Counted from the whole stretch's first letter, positions 12,966-22,711 are shown. The stretch is DNA of 63,350 bases, filler included, from Gemmatimonadota bacterium (GCA_003697105.1; 6 parts of 6 records of this genome joined end to end with filler, not necessarily neighbours in it); one strand, 5' to 3'. Numbers and translations are program-made. The notes: generated by a model from the letters alone, not told the origin.

Positions 12966-13857
12966 GAGGTTCTCCTAACTGAATTGCGGGGATGTAACTT
13001 ACTGTAAATGAAATTGTTTGACCTTCTTCCACATACGAACCGGGGATTGGGTCTTGCTCTAAGATTGTGCCGGGTAACAAAAAGTTATCGGGGACTTCAC
13101 CCTCCTTTTTTGTGTGAAACCCGAGACGGTCTAACCAAAACTGCATATTATCGTACTTTTGCCCTCGTAAATCTGGCATGACAAATCCACGTGGAACTTT
13201 GCGCTTCCCCAAACTAACCAACAGATCAACTACAGCACCGCGGGATACTTGGGTATTCGATAATGGGGATTGGGTCACCACAAAATTTTTAGCACGGTCT
13301 GTCGTATAAATATATGAAATTTTCCCAATCGTTAAGTTATTTCGTGTCAATAAGATACGTGCTTGTCGCAGTGACATTCCCGATAAATCTGGGATGGTAA
13401 TGATTTCTGTTCCTTTACTAACAACCACGTAAAGGGTACGATCCGTGGCGGTAGATAGGCCGGGTAGCGGGTCTTGAGCGATGACATATCCTTCCGGTGT
13501 TTGCGGGTCATATACACGTTGCCGGACGATGATATGTAAATTTTCGTGTTGGGCAATTTTTTCGGCTTGTTTTAAGCTCTTGTAGCGTACTTCTGGAATG
13601 GTATATGAGGGAATTTGCTCCGATATGTGGGGTTTAATACCCCATTCAAAACTGAAAAAACCCACACTAAATGAAACCACGGCGATTAGCAACGTGATGC
13701 CCGCCATCTTTAACCCAGATGTTTTCACCCGTGGGGGGCGGGATTCTGTCTGGAGCGCCGCACCGCTGTCAGTGGTGGGGGCAGAATCGCTCCCCGCTAG
13801 TTGGAGTTGGCGCTGGGGCGAGCGCCATTGTTGCCACCAATTTTTCCATTTATTCAT
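12955..13857 (-). CDS. Membrane-anchored PASTA-domain protein (3 PASTA repeats, no kinase)
   Basis: One TM helix then IPEV/IPDLSG/MPDLRG...QDP.PG repeats; start overlaps rsmB stop. Confidence 0.88.
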   Translation of the reverse strand: MNKWKNWWQQWRSPQRQLQLAGSDSAPTTDSGAALQTESRPPRVKTSGLKMAGITLLIAVVSFSVGFFSFEWGIKPHISEQIPSYTIPEVRYKSLKQAEKIAQHENLHIIVRQRVYDPQTPEGYVIAQDPLPGLSTATDRTLYVVVSKGTEIITIPDLSGMSLRQARILLTRNNLTIGKISYIYTTDRAKNFVVTQSPLSNTQVSRGAVVDLLVSLGKRKVPRGFVMPDLRGQKYDNMQFWLDRLGFHTKKEGEVPDNFLLPGTILEQDPIPGSYVEEGQTISFTVSYIPAIQLGEPHGN

Positions 13858-15160
13858 GACGTCGTAATCGAGCCGCAAAGGCTCCATCGGTTGAATGTTG
13901 GTTGGGGATTACGTGCAGGGTACCGTCCTTATCCTCCGTTGCTCCATAGACCCCCGTGGTCGCCGGTTCAATTATGAAATGAGGGTGTTGCTGGCAAAAT
14001 GTGTGAATGACCGCCTCATTCTCTTCCGGTTCAGTTGTGCAAGTACTGTACACCAAAATACCGTTGGGTTTTAGGTGTGCGGCGGCGGCGTTTAAAATAT
14101 TGAGTTGCAATGTTGCAAATTGCGATAAATCTGCTTCGGTGTGTTTCCAACGCAAATCGGCGCGGCGCCGTAGCACGCCCAATCCGCTGCACGGTACATC
14201 GACCAAAATCCGGTCAAATTGAATCGATGGTGTCCATTCTGTCACCAAATGACACCTGACGGACGTTATGCCAAGCCGCTGGCAATTTTCTCGCACCCGA
14301 TTTAGCCGGTGGGCGTGAACATCTAGGGCTACCAGTGTTCCTGTATTTTGCATTCGTTCGGCAATGTAAGTCGTTTTGCCGCCGGGGGCACTGCAATAAT
14401 CTAAAATGGCTTCTCCTGGTTGGGGGTCCAGTAGATCGACCACCCATCCCCATACGGGGTCTTGAATATAAAAAAATCCACGATGATACAGCGTGGACTG
14501 GGTTAAGGTGCGGGGGTTATTGACCTTCAAAAATTGAGGGTGAATAGTGGGCTCGGTCAGGAACCCGTTCGTGTTTAATTGCTGTTGGAGCGCGCCAATG
14601 TCTATGGATTTCAATTGGTTTACGCGAAGGGTCACCGGAGGGGATTCATTATTCAACTGGCAAATACGCTGGGTTTGCGCTTCTCCCCACCGTTGAATCC
14701 AGCGACGGACAAGCCATTCTGGATGCGAATTGCGTACGGCGATGCGAGTACCCGGTTCCGTTGGTAGTGGGAGTGACGCTAGCTCCCGGAAAATACGGCG
14801 CAGGACGGCATTTGTCAAGTTAGCAACTCCGCGATGTCCGTATCGCTTAGCAAGTTTGACGGCCTCATGACTAATGGCATAGGGTGGGATGCGTTCCAAA
14901 AAGGCGTGCTGGTACACGGCAAGTCGTAAGTTATTGCGAATCCATGGGGTTAAGTTTTGGATCGGTTTGTGTAAAAATTGTGCCAACACCCAGTCCAAAT
15001 AGCCTTGCATTTTTAAGGTGCCGTTGATGAGTTCCGTCAACAATGCCCGATCCGGTTCGGGAAGGTGGGAGGAGGCCGAATTCAAAAGGATGTTTGGATA
15101 GGCGCTGTCCGTTTCAACGCGGACTAAGATTTCCAGAGCAGTTTCGCGGACAGATTTCAT
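13850..15160 (-). CDS. rsmB: 16S rRNA m5C967 methyltransferase
   Basis: NusB-like N-terminus, SHPEWL, CSAPGGKT, DVPCSGLG, YSTCT..PEEN; TAATG overlap with fabH. Confidence 0.95.
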   Translation of the reverse strand: MKSVRETALEILVRVETDSAYPNILLNSASSHLPEPDRALLTELINGTLKMQGYLDWVLAQFLHKPIQNLTPWIRNNLRLAVYQHAFLERIPPYAISHEAVKLAKRYGHRGVANLTNAVLRRIFRELASLPLPTEPGTRIAVRNSHPEWLVRRWIQRWGEAQTQRICQLNNESPPVTLRVNQLKSIDIGALQQQLNTNGFLTEPTIHPQFLKVNNPRTLTQSTLYHRGFFYIQDPVWGWVVDLLDPQPGEAILDYCSAPGGKTTYIAERMQNTGTLVALDVHAHRLNRVRENCQRLGITSVRCHLVTEWTPSIQFDRILVDVPCSGLGVLRRRADLRWKHTEADLSQFATLQLNILNAAAAHLKPNGILVYSTCTTEPEENEAVIHTFCQQHPHFIIEPATTGVYGATEDKDGTLHVIPNQHSTDGAFAARLRRHE

Positions 15161-16146
15161 TACCATCGAATCGCGACAGAACCCCAAGAATAACCGCCAC
15201 CAAACGCGACCAGCACCACCAAATCACCTGATTGGATGCGCCCTTGCTGGCGAGCCTCGTTGAGGGCTATCGGTATAGAAGCGGCGGAGGTATTGCCGTA
15301 CTGGTCTAAATTTACAAACACTTTATCCATCGGGATTTTCACCCGTTTTGCCGTCGCTTCGATAATACGGATATTCGCCTGATGTGGGATGAGCAAATCC
15401 ACATCACTGGCTTTGGTGCCAGTCTCCTCTAGTGCCACACGGGTTGCTTCTCCCATGGCGCGCACCGCATACTTAAACACATCGTTCCCAGCCATATGGA
15501 TATAATGGAGGCGTTTTTCGAGGGTTTCGGGGCTGGTCGGGCGACGGGTTCCTCCGGCGGGCATATTTAAACTTCGTGCTCCTGCACCATCACTGCGGAT
15601 GAACGAGGAGAGAACGCCTTTACCATTTTCCGAAGGTGTTAGCACTGCCGCGCCAGCACCGTCACCAAATAGGACACAAGTACTTCGATCTTCAAAATTG
15701 AGAATTTTACTAAGTACCTCTGCTCCAATGACGAGCACGTAGGTTGCCATGCCGGAGGTGATAAACCCCCGTGCGATTGAGAGTCCATACAAAAAACCGG
15801 AACAAGCGGCACTAATATCAAATGCCGCCGCATTTTTGGCTCCAATATTGTCCTGAACCACACACGCACTTGCCGGGAAGACCATATCGGGAGAGGCCGT
15901 ACCTAAGATGATCATGTCCAACTGATCCGCCCGAATTCCGGCATCTTTTAAGGCTTTTTGAGCGGCATCGGTTGCTAGGTCCGAGGTTGATGTGTTTGCA
16001 TCGGCGATCCGGCGTTGGCGGATACCCGTGCGCGTGTAAATCCACTCATCCGATGTATCGACAATTTGCGATAGATCATCATTGGTCAAAATTCCTTCCG
16101 GCACGCTGTGCCCTAAACCGATGATCTGGGCTTTGATTTCGGACAT
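15160..16146 (-). CDS. fabH: 3-oxoacyl-ACP synthase III
   Basis: DTSDEWI..RTGI, AACSGF, PHQAN, GNTSAAS. Confidence 0.97.
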   Translation of the reverse strand: MSEIKAQIIGLGHSVPEGILTNDDLSQIVDTSDEWIYTRTGIRQRRIADANTSTSDLATDAAQKALKDAGIRADQLDMIILGTASPDMVFPASACVVQDNIGAKNAAAFDISAACSGFLYGLSIARGFITSGMATYVLVIGAEVLSKILNFEDRSTCVLFGDGAGAAVLTPSENGKGVLSSFIRSDGAGARSLNMPAGGTRRPTSPETLEKRLHYIHMAGNDVFKYAVRAMGEATRVALEETGTKASDVDLLIPHQANIRIIEATAKRVKIPMDKVFVNLDQYGNTSAASIPIALNEARQQGRIQSGDLVVLVAFGGGYSWGSVAIRW

Positions 16147-16157
16147 AATGTTCCTCT

Positions 16158-17183
16158 TTAATCGAGTTGAAGCTCTTGAATGTACTCCTGAATATGGCGG
16201 TTTACTTCATTTTTAACCGAGCGATACGCCACCTTCACCGCATTGCGGATAGCTTTGGCGGTAGAACTTCCATGGGCAATAATCGTTGTTCCATTGATAC
16301 CCAGCAACGGTGCTCCGCCGTACTCTTCGTAATCAAACACTTGTTCAATCCGGCGCATTGCTTTTTGCAACACATCTAGATCGTGCCCTTCTTCTTTTGC
16401 CAACTGTTGTTCCATTGCCAAATGGAGGGTTGCAAACATGCTTTCCGAGAATTTCAGGACGATATTTCCGACAAAACCATCGCACACAACCACTTCTGCC
16501 ACGCCCCGCATGATGTCTCGCCCTTCTACATTTCCAATAAAATTGATGTGAGCGGCATCTTTTAGCAACTGGTGGGCTTCTAAAGTGGCTTCATTTCCTT
16601 TAGAACTCTCTTCGCCGTTGCTTAACAACGCGACTCGCGGGTTCTTGACACCGAAAACGGCTTCGTAGTAAATACTACCCATTAAGCCAAATTCAACCAG
16701 ATTCGCTGGTTTGCAATCGACATTGGCGCCGGCGTCGATAATCGCCGTGATGCCTCCTTTTTGGGTGGGGAGTGGGGAGGTAATCGCTGGACGCGAAACC
16801 CCCTTTAGCCGCCCCAACCCGATCAAGCTCGCCGCCATCGCCGCGCCGGTGTTCCCTGCTCCAATAACGGCATCCACCTGACCTTGTTTTTGTAAACCCA
16901 TTGCCACCACAATTGACGCTTGCTTGTATTTCCGAATAGCCGTTGCAGGTGACTTTTCATCCATCGGAATGACTTCTGGAGCATGAACCACACGGACATT
17001 CTCCAAGGGAGAACCATGTTTTGCGATTTCGTGTGCGATCGTCTCTTCTGGACCGACAAACACAATTTCGTAAGCGCCATCTGCAACCTGTGCCGCCTGA
17101 ATACCCCCTTTAACGATTTCTTCTGGGGCATAGTCACCACCCATCGCATCAATCGCAATGCGAACCATAGGTTCCGTTGCCAT
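16158..17183 (-). CDS. plsX: Phosphate acyltransferase PlsX
   Basis: IAIDAMGGDYAP, AGNTGA, DAGAN, CDGFVGN, HGSS. Confidence 0.97.
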   Translation of the reverse strand: MATEPMVRIAIDAMGGDYAPEEIVKGGIQAAQVADGAYEIVFVGPEETIAHEIAKHGSPLENVRVVHAPEVIPMDEKSPATAIRKYKQASIVVAMGLQKQGQVDAVIGAGNTGAAMAASLIGLGRLKGVSRPAITSPLPTQKGGITAIIDAGANVDCKPANLVEFGLMGSIYYEAVFGVKNPRVALLSNGEESSKGNEATLEAHQLLKDAAHINFIGNVEGRDIMRGVAEVVVCDGFVGNIVLKFSESMFATLHLAMEQQLAKEEGHDLDVLQKAMRRIEQVFDYEEYGGAPLLGINGTTIIAHGSSTAKAIRNAVKVAYRSVKNEVNRHIQEYIQELQLD

Positions 17184-17209
17184 GCAGAATATCCTCCGAC
17201 TTGATAGGA

Positions 17210-17389
17210 TTAATCGTTGATTTCAAGAATAGTACGGCCGTTGTATTCCCCGCAAGAGGTGCAAACCCGGTGCGGCATTTTTGCCGCTCCGCAAGCTGGA
17301 CAAACCGACAAACCCGGTTGTTTCAATTTCCAGTGAGTACGACGTTTGCGGGAACGACTTTTGGAATGGCGTCGTTTAGGTAAAGCCAT
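17210..17389 (-). CDS. rpmF: 50S ribosomal protein L32 (59 aa, Zn-ribbon C+ type; absent from ORF track)
   Basis: Hand translation MALPKRRHSKSRSRKRRTHWKL...CPACG..KMPHRVCTSCGEY; yceD-rpmF-plsX synteny. Confidence 0.96.
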   Translation of the reverse strand: MALPKRRHSKSRSRKRRTHWKLKQPGLSVCPACGAAKMPHRVCTSCGEYNGRTILEIND

Positions 17390-17415
17390 GATACAAACTC
17401 CTTATAAGTGAAGTG

Positions 17416-17949
17416 TTACGATTTCTGAATTGATAATTGACGTAGTTTTTCCCAACGGGGGTCTATGACGGTTGAATGGCAGTCACAGGTCTCTTCATTC
17501 AAGTTTATTCCGCACATGGGGCACAGCCCTTGACAATTTTCACTACAAAGAACTTTCAGTGGAATACCTAAAATGAGTGTTTCCCGAATCCGCCCATCCA
17601 ACTCAATTGTGCTCTCGTCATAAGAGAGAGTAATCAGATCATCTTCGGTTAGATTAATCGCTTCATCACTTTCGGACAACTTCAGTTTTCGCTTGAAGTA
17701 CAGCTTAATTGGTAAATGAAAATGCAGGTCACAGGGTGTTAAACACCGGCTACACTCGATGATACTTCGGGCAAAAATCTCTCCTTCAAGGGTAAAATCA
17801 TCACTCCATTTCTGAAGGGCTATTTCGACACGAACTTTATCACGAAAGTGAGCATTTTCAAATTCTTCAATATAGATATCTTCGGGATTAACCTCAAATG
17901 AATAATGGTGTAAACCATTTTCTAAATGCTTAACATCGATTTCAATCAT
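17416..17949 (-). CDS. yceD: DUF177 / YceD family protein
   Basis: CSRCL, LCSENCQGLCPMCG.NLN...CDC...DPRW. Confidence 0.93.
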   Translation of the reverse strand: MIEIDVKHLENGLHHYSFEVNPEDIYIEEFENAHFRDKVRVEIALQKWSDDFTLEGEIFARSIIECSRCLTPCDLHFHLPIKLYFKRKLKLSESDEAINLTEDDLITLSYDESTIELDGRIRETLILGIPLKVLCSENCQGLCPMCGINLNEETCDCHSTVIDPRWEKLRQLSIQKS

Positions 17950-17961
17950 GAAACTCCTCCG

Positions 17962-19236
17962 TTATGGTTGAGGAGTAATCACCTCGGTTTTCATGTAATC
18001 CTGAAGGGGTTCGGGGATGCGCACCAGCCCCGCTTCAGTTTGATAATTTTCCAGAATGGCGACCACCAACCGGGGAAGTGCCAAACCGGAAGCATTCAAC
18101 GTATGCACAAATTGGGGTTTACCGCCCCCCCGCGGGCGAAACCGGATATTTGCCCGACGTGCCTGAAAATCCAGAAAATTACTGCAACTGGAGACTTCCA
18201 GCCAACCGCTATAAGCGGCGTATAACTCAATGTCGTAGCATTTGGCGGCGGCAAAACTGAGATCGCCACTACATAGATTCAATATTCGGTACGGGATGTT
18301 GAAATCTTGCAAGATCGCTTCGGCATTTTTTAGTAACGATTCATGTTCTTCCCATGAGGTTTCGGGGTGAACAAATTTGACCATTTCCACTTTATCAAAT
18401 TGATGGATGCGTTTCAGCCCGCGGGTGTCTGCCCCATAAGACCCAGCTTCCCGCCGAAAACACGGTGTATAAGCGGTATAATAGAGGGGGAGTTGGTCTT
18501 CATCCAAAATTTCATCCCGAAAGATATTCGTGACCGGAACTTCCGCTGTCGGGATCAAAAAGAGATCATCCGTGTCGCAGCGATACATATCCTCTTCAAG
18601 TTTGGGTAACTGACCAGTACCAAACATGGTTTGCCGGTTGACCATAAATGGAGGCGATATTTCGGTATAACCATGTTTTTGGGTGTGCAATTCCAACATA
18701 TAATGAATCAGTGCCCGTTCGAGCTTGGCACCCCATCCTTTGTATATCACAAAGTTGCTACCGGCTACTTTTGTTCCCCGCGGCAGATCGATAATATCTA
18801 GCGTTTCGCCTAATTCCCAATGAGGTTTGGGTTCAAAATTGAGCTGCGGCAACTCACCCCAGCGGCTCACTTCTTCATTATCCGTTTCGGTCTGTCCGAT
18901 GGGTACAGATTCATGGGGAATATTGGGTATCCAAATTAGGATGTTATGAATTTCCTGTTCAACCTGTTTAACGTGCTGGTCCAGGGTGCTGATCTGTTGT
19001 CCGACGTCACGCATCTGGGCTATTTTATCGTCGGCGGTTTTTTTTGCTTTTTTGAGTGCGGCGATCTCCTTTGAGACGGTATTGCGTTGATTTTTTAACT
19101 GTTCCACTTCCGACAATAGCTCTCGCCGGCGTTGATCGAGTTCAAGAAACCGGTCAATATCGGCGGTTTCATTTTTATGCTGGATCGCTTTCCGGACCAC
19201 ATCTGGATGGTTACGGATATACTTTGGGTCTAACAT
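17962..19236 (-). CDS. serS: Serine-tRNA ligase
   Basis: MLDPKYIR start, TGQLPK, LIPTAEVP, FRREAG, HQFDKVE, HTLNASGLA. Confidence 0.98.
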   Translation of the reverse strand: MLDPKYIRNHPDVVRKAIQHKNETADIDRFLELDQRRRELLSEVEQLKNQRNTVSKEIAALKKAKKTADDKIAQMRDVGQQISTLDQHVKQVEQEIHNILIWIPNIPHESVPIGQTETDNEEVSRWGELPQLNFEPKPHWELGETLDIIDLPRGTKVAGSNFVIYKGWGAKLERALIHYMLELHTQKHGYTEISPPFMVNRQTMFGTGQLPKLEEDMYRCDTDDLFLIPTAEVPVTNIFRDEILDEDQLPLYYTAYTPCFRREAGSYGADTRGLKRIHQFDKVEMVKFVHPETSWEEHESLLKNAEAILQDFNIPYRILNLCSGDLSFAAAKCYDIELYAAYSGWLEVSSCSNFLDFQARRANIRFRPRGGGKPQFVHTLNASGLALPRLVVAILENYQTEAGLVRIPEPLQDYMKTEVITPQP

Positions 19237-19271
19237 TGTTACCCCAGAAAATAAAATGAGATTCACAAAAG

Positions 19272-19991
19272 TTATTGATTTTGGAGCAGTTGTCCAATAG
19301 TTCGGAATGTATAACCCTTTTTCAGAAGTCTGTCAATAACTATTTCAATCGCTTTGACAGTCTGGCTGCGGTCGCCGCGTCCATCATGGAAGAGCAAAAT
19401 GGATCCGTTTCGGGTTGGCACGGTACGCTCCACAATTTTTTCCACTCCGGGGCGTTCCCAATCATAAGTTGTAATGTCCCAAAAGATAGAAGTGTATCCC
19501 ATTTGTTGAGCTTGTCTTAGAACGCGCCAATCCCGAAAGCCATACGGGGGGCGAAATAATGTGGGAATAATGCCAAGTGTTTCACGGAGAATAAGATCGG
19601 TTTGGTGCAATTCTCGTTTAATTCGAGTTGTTGAACAGAAGGGTAATTTGGGGTGGGAATAACTGTGATTGCCAATATCATGACCGCCAGCATAGACTTG
19701 GCGGGCGATTTCTGGATAAAGCTCTGTGTTCAACCCTGTCATAAAAAACGTGCCTTTGATGCCAAACTGGTTTAGTATATCGAGTATGGCGGGAGTATAG
19801 ATCGGGTGAGGTCCATCATCGAAGGTAATGGCAATTTCAGGGGAACGTCTGTTGCCATGGAAGAAGGTTGACTTCGGAAAAAACAGGTCAAAAGCAAGAC
19901 GGCGCGGGTAGCTCACACTCGCCGCGCCAGTCAAAGCGATGCCGATGGTCAAGGCGCTACCACCGGCCCAAAGCATCTTTTTTGTAGGCAT
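19272..19991 (-). CDS. Polysaccharide deacetylase (NodB/CE4)
   Basis: TFDDGP, NHSYSH, FRPPYG, DW, ILLFHD motifs. Confidence 0.93.
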   Translation of the reverse strand: MPTKKMLWAGGSALTIGIALTGAASVSYPRRLAFDLFFPKSTFFHGNRRSPEIAITFDDGPHPIYTPAILDILNQFGIKGTFFMTGLNTELYPEIARQVYAGGHDIGNHSYSHPKLPFCSTTRIKRELHQTDLILRETLGIIPTLFRPPYGFRDWRVLRQAQQMGYTSIFWDITTYDWERPGVEKIVERTVPTRNGSILLFHDGRGDRSQTVKAIEIVIDRLLKKGYTFRTIGQLLQNQ

Positions 19992-20408
19992 TTACAATCC
20001 CATTGCTTGCTTTTTACGTTCCAGCATTTCGTTAATGGCATCGTCATAATAGGTTGTGGATTTGGCGATTGCCGGAGAGACCCGTTGCAAATACAAGCGC
20101 CGTCCCCGCTCAAATTCCCCGCCGAGGAGTTGCTCTAAGTTCCCGTTTCGCAAGCCTTGCTCAATCTTTTGCTGATTGTATAGGGCAATATCAGAGACAA
20201 TCACAGAAGCAAATGATTTGGCTTCATTGTGCTGTTTGCGCAACCCTTCATCCATTTCATCGGTTGGAGGTGCGGCTTGGGGTGCTGGGCTTGGTGCCGG
20301 TTGTGGCGTTGGTGTGGGTTGGGGTGCTGGGCTTGGTGCCGGTTGTGGCGTTGGTGTGGGTTGGGGTGCTGGGCTTGGTGCCGGTTGTGGCGTTGGTGTG
20401 GGTTGGGG
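19992..20408 (-). CDS. Partial gene (5' end lost in gap): Pro-rich linker plus C-terminal helical domain, possibly RomX-like
   Basis: Frame open from gap: (PTPTPQPAPSPAPQ)x3 then A..FA..IVSDIALYN..KI..G...G.L...L..E.E.GR.LY..RV. Confidence 0.7.
   Translation of the reverse strand, partial: PQPTPTPQPAPSPAPQPTPTPQPAPSPAPQPTPTPQPAPSPAPQAAPPTDEMDEGLRKQHNEAKSFASVIVSDIALYNQQKIEQGLRNGNLEQLLGGEFERGRRLYLQRVSPAIAKSTTYYDDAINEMLERKKQAMGL
20277..20408. repeat. 42-bp tandem repeat (3+ perfect copies), coding
   Basis: Unit TTGGGGTGCTGGGCTTGGTGCCGGTTGTGGCGTTGGTGTGGG running into gap. Confidence 0.95.
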
Positions 20409-20508
20409 NNNNNNNNNNNNNNNNNNNNNNNNNNNNNNNNNNNNNNNNNNNNTTAATTAATTAANNNNNNNNNNNNNNNNNNNNNNNNNNNNNNNNNNNN
20501 NNNNNNNN
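20409..20508. other. Artificial contig spacer
   Basis: N44-TTAATTAATTAA-N44; stops in all six frames. Confidence 0.97.
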
Positions 20509-20673
20509 ATTCTTCATATTATTGAGGGTGAGTGCGATCTAACGCTTGGTGAGGATGCCAAAACCGCCCAGTCAGGGGCATGGGTGCACATGCAACCCAA
20601 TCTACCCCACAGTATCAAAGCGAAAAAACCATTAATAATGCTATTGATACTCATCAAGTCAGGTAAATCATGA
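20509..20673 (+). CDS. Partial cupin-domain protein (3' end)
   Basis: Hand translation ILHIIEGECDLTLGEDAKTAQSGAWVHMQPNLPHSIKA...; ATGA overlap with next gene. Confidence 0.8.
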   Translation: MLHIIEGECDLTLGEDAKTAQSGAWVHMQPNLPHSIKAKKPLIMLLILIKSGKS

Positions 20674-21752
20674 AAACACTACGAATCCCGTTGTTAATGT
20701 TGGCAGTTGCCGCGCTCATCGCCGGAATTTGGAGCGGGTTTTGGCGTGCCGGCTGGAACACCCCTACTCCGCACCCACCCATGTTTGATATGCACGGGGC
20801 ACTGATGATCGGCGGATTCCTCGGTGCGCTCATCAGCTTGGAACGGGCAGTTGCCGCTAAAGCGCTCTGGACATACGGAGCGCCATTGTTAGCGGGGATT
20901 TCCACCGTACTTTTGCTGTTGGGACAGATATTACCGGGGCAGATTCTATTAGTGAGCAGCAGTACCATACTCGTACTCATGTCCATTTTTTTTGTCGAAG
21001 AACATCCCTCTTTGCACATGGTAACTATGGGACTGGGTGCGGTATTATGGCTGGCAGGTAACACTCTATGGCTGGCGGGATATGCCATCAATCAGGTGGT
21101 GTTGTGGTGGGCGGCATTTCTGATTTTGACTATCGCTGGAGAACGGCTGGAATTGAGCCGCATCCTTGCCCTAAAAAATGAAGTCAAAGCCTTGTTCATC
21201 ATGACAATTTTGATTCTGCTCAGCGGGATGGTGATTTCCACGATCTACTATTCCTACGGGATGCGAATCGCCGGGTTAGGAATGTTCCTACTGGCAGTCT
21301 GGCTGTTGAGTTACGATCTCGCCCGTAAAAGTGTCCGCCGTCCGGGGTTGACCCGCTTTGTGGCGGTTTCACTCATCACTGGTTATATCTGGTTACTCGT
21401 TGCCGGACTGATCGCTATCATTTGGGGCAGCGTTAACATGGGTCTGCATTATGATGCTATTCTCCATGCGATTTTCGTTGGCTTTACGTTTTCAATGATC
21501 TTTGGACACGCACCGATTATCTTTCCCGGCATTTTGGGGATCAAGATTACCTTTCACCCGATTTTCTATCTGCATTTGGTTGTTCTGCATCTTTCGCTGA
21601 TGATTCGGATGTATGGTGATTTAATGATCCACCCCGAAATTCGCATTTGGGGCAGTTTGCTCAACGGATTGGCTATCGTGCTCTTTTTTGGCAATACCCT
21701 GATGTCGATCCTCTTTCTGAAAGAAAAATCAGCCTCCACCATAAAAAAATAA
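20670..21752 (+). CDS. Polytopic membrane protein, NnrS-like / heme-copper-type His-containing
   Basis: About 12 TM segments; HGALMIGGFLG.LISLERAV, GERLEL, DA.LHA.FVGF..SMIFGHAP motifs. Confidence 0.65.
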   Translation: MKTLRIPLLMLAVAALIAGIWSGFWRAGWNTPTPHPPMFDMHGALMIGGFLGALISLERAVAAKALWTYGAPLLAGISTVLLLLGQILPGQILLVSSSTILVLMSIFFVEEHPSLHMVTMGLGAVLWLAGNTLWLAGYAINQVVLWWAAFLILTIAGERLELSRILALKNEVKALFIMTILILLSGMVISTIYYSYGMRIAGLGMFLLAVWLLSYDLARKSVRRPGLTRFVAVSLITGYIWLLVAGLIAIIWGSVNMGLHYDAILHAIFVGFTFSMIFGHAPIIFPGILGIKITFHPIFYLHLVVLHLSLMIRMYGDLMIHPEIRIWGSLLNGLAIVLFFGNTLMSILFLKEKSASTIKK

Positions 21753-21782
21753 GTTAATATATTTTTTTATATGATTAATTCC

Positions 21783-21815
21783 TTGACAAAATGGGGGGGG
21801 GGGGGGCATTATATT
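21783..21815 (+). promoter_or_regulatory. Sigma70-type promoter with G14 homopolymer in the spacer
   Basis: TTGACA (21783-21788) AAAT G14 CAT TATATT (21810-21815). Confidence 0.6.
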
Positions 21816-21892
21816 CCTGAGTGACTTCACGTGTACGGTAAAGTCAGTTCAATTAACCGAATTAGTCACTCGTTTTAATGGAGGTTAAAGTT

Positions 21893-22642
21893 ATGAACAA
21901 ACTATTTACCTATAACCAAATCGGATTTGGTCGTGTACTTTCCACTCTTGCGCCGTGGCACAATATTATCGGCACGGGCACTTACCCGCAAAGACCACTT
22001 TGGATACCACGCGATGATGTACGTAATATTCGTAGTGTAGAGATCAAGTTTGATTCAAACAATATGCTATCGTCCATTACCGGAAAGAATGTTGCAAATA
22101 ACAAGGAAGTAAAAATGTTGTTTTCTCACACCACAAGTACAAAAACAAGCGAAGTTACAATGTATTATGATGGGGTCGAAGAAGCAAAAGCAACAGAAAT
22201 TATAGTTCCTGCTGATAAAAAGATCAAATTTATGATGACTTATGCCGCAAATTCAGCATTGAATGTTGAATTAAATGTCAGTAGCCCAGAAGACACAATT
22301 ATCCTTGGGAAAACAGAAATAACCACGGATTTAAAAATAGGAACAACTACATTACAAGGAACAGCCGTTTTAGGCACCAAACAGCTACCTACACTATTTG
22401 AAACATATAATGATTTCTTAATCAATAACTCACAATTACCTTCAGCGAAGGTCGCGGCTTTTCGTGAGCCAATGATCGGCATTTTTTCAAGTCTGATCGA
22501 GGAAGATTTTCCACCTGTTCCTACAATATGGCAGCCTTCTCTTTGTCTTGTGGGCACGGGGTTGGCAGATCTTATCGGTCATGGGCCCGTGTCTATAGTG
22601 TATGGTATACTAAACGTATATGCAATAATTATAGGTGGTTAA
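21893..22642 (+). CDS. Hypothetical AT-rich protein with hydrophobic Gly-rich C-terminus
   Basis: GGAGG RBS before ATG 21893; 249 aa; no recognisable family. Confidence 0.75.
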   Translation: MNKLFTYNQIGFGRVLSTLAPWHNIIGTGTYPQRPLWIPRDDVRNIRSVEIKFDSNNMLSSITGKNVANNKEVKMLFSHTTSTKTSEVTMYYDGVEEAKATEIIVPADKKIKFMMTYAANSALNVELNVSSPEDTIILGKTEITTDLKIGTTTLQGTAVLGTKQLPTLFETYNDFLINNSQLPSAKVAAFREPMIGIFSSLIEEDFPPVPTIWQPSLCLVGTGLADLIGHGPVSIVYGILNVYAIIIGG

Positions 22643-22647
22643 ATTTG

Positions 22648-22684
22648 AACACAGACCCGTTTAAATATGGGTCTGTGTTTTTTT
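22648..22684 (+). terminator. Intrinsic terminator
   Basis: AACACAGACCC / GGGTCTGTGTT stem then T-run. Confidence 0.75.
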
Positions 22685-22711
22685 GTCTTAGCTGTAGGAG
22701 GATAAACCACG

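Noticed and set aside
12955-13857. PASTA protein lacking a kinase domain
   Set aside because: Known arrangement near rsmB/rpe; not novel
21819-21871. GAGTGACT/AGTCACTC and TGACTT/AAGTCA alternative pairings in the orphan gene leader
   Set aside because: Short stems, no riboswitch consensus recognised; too weak to call
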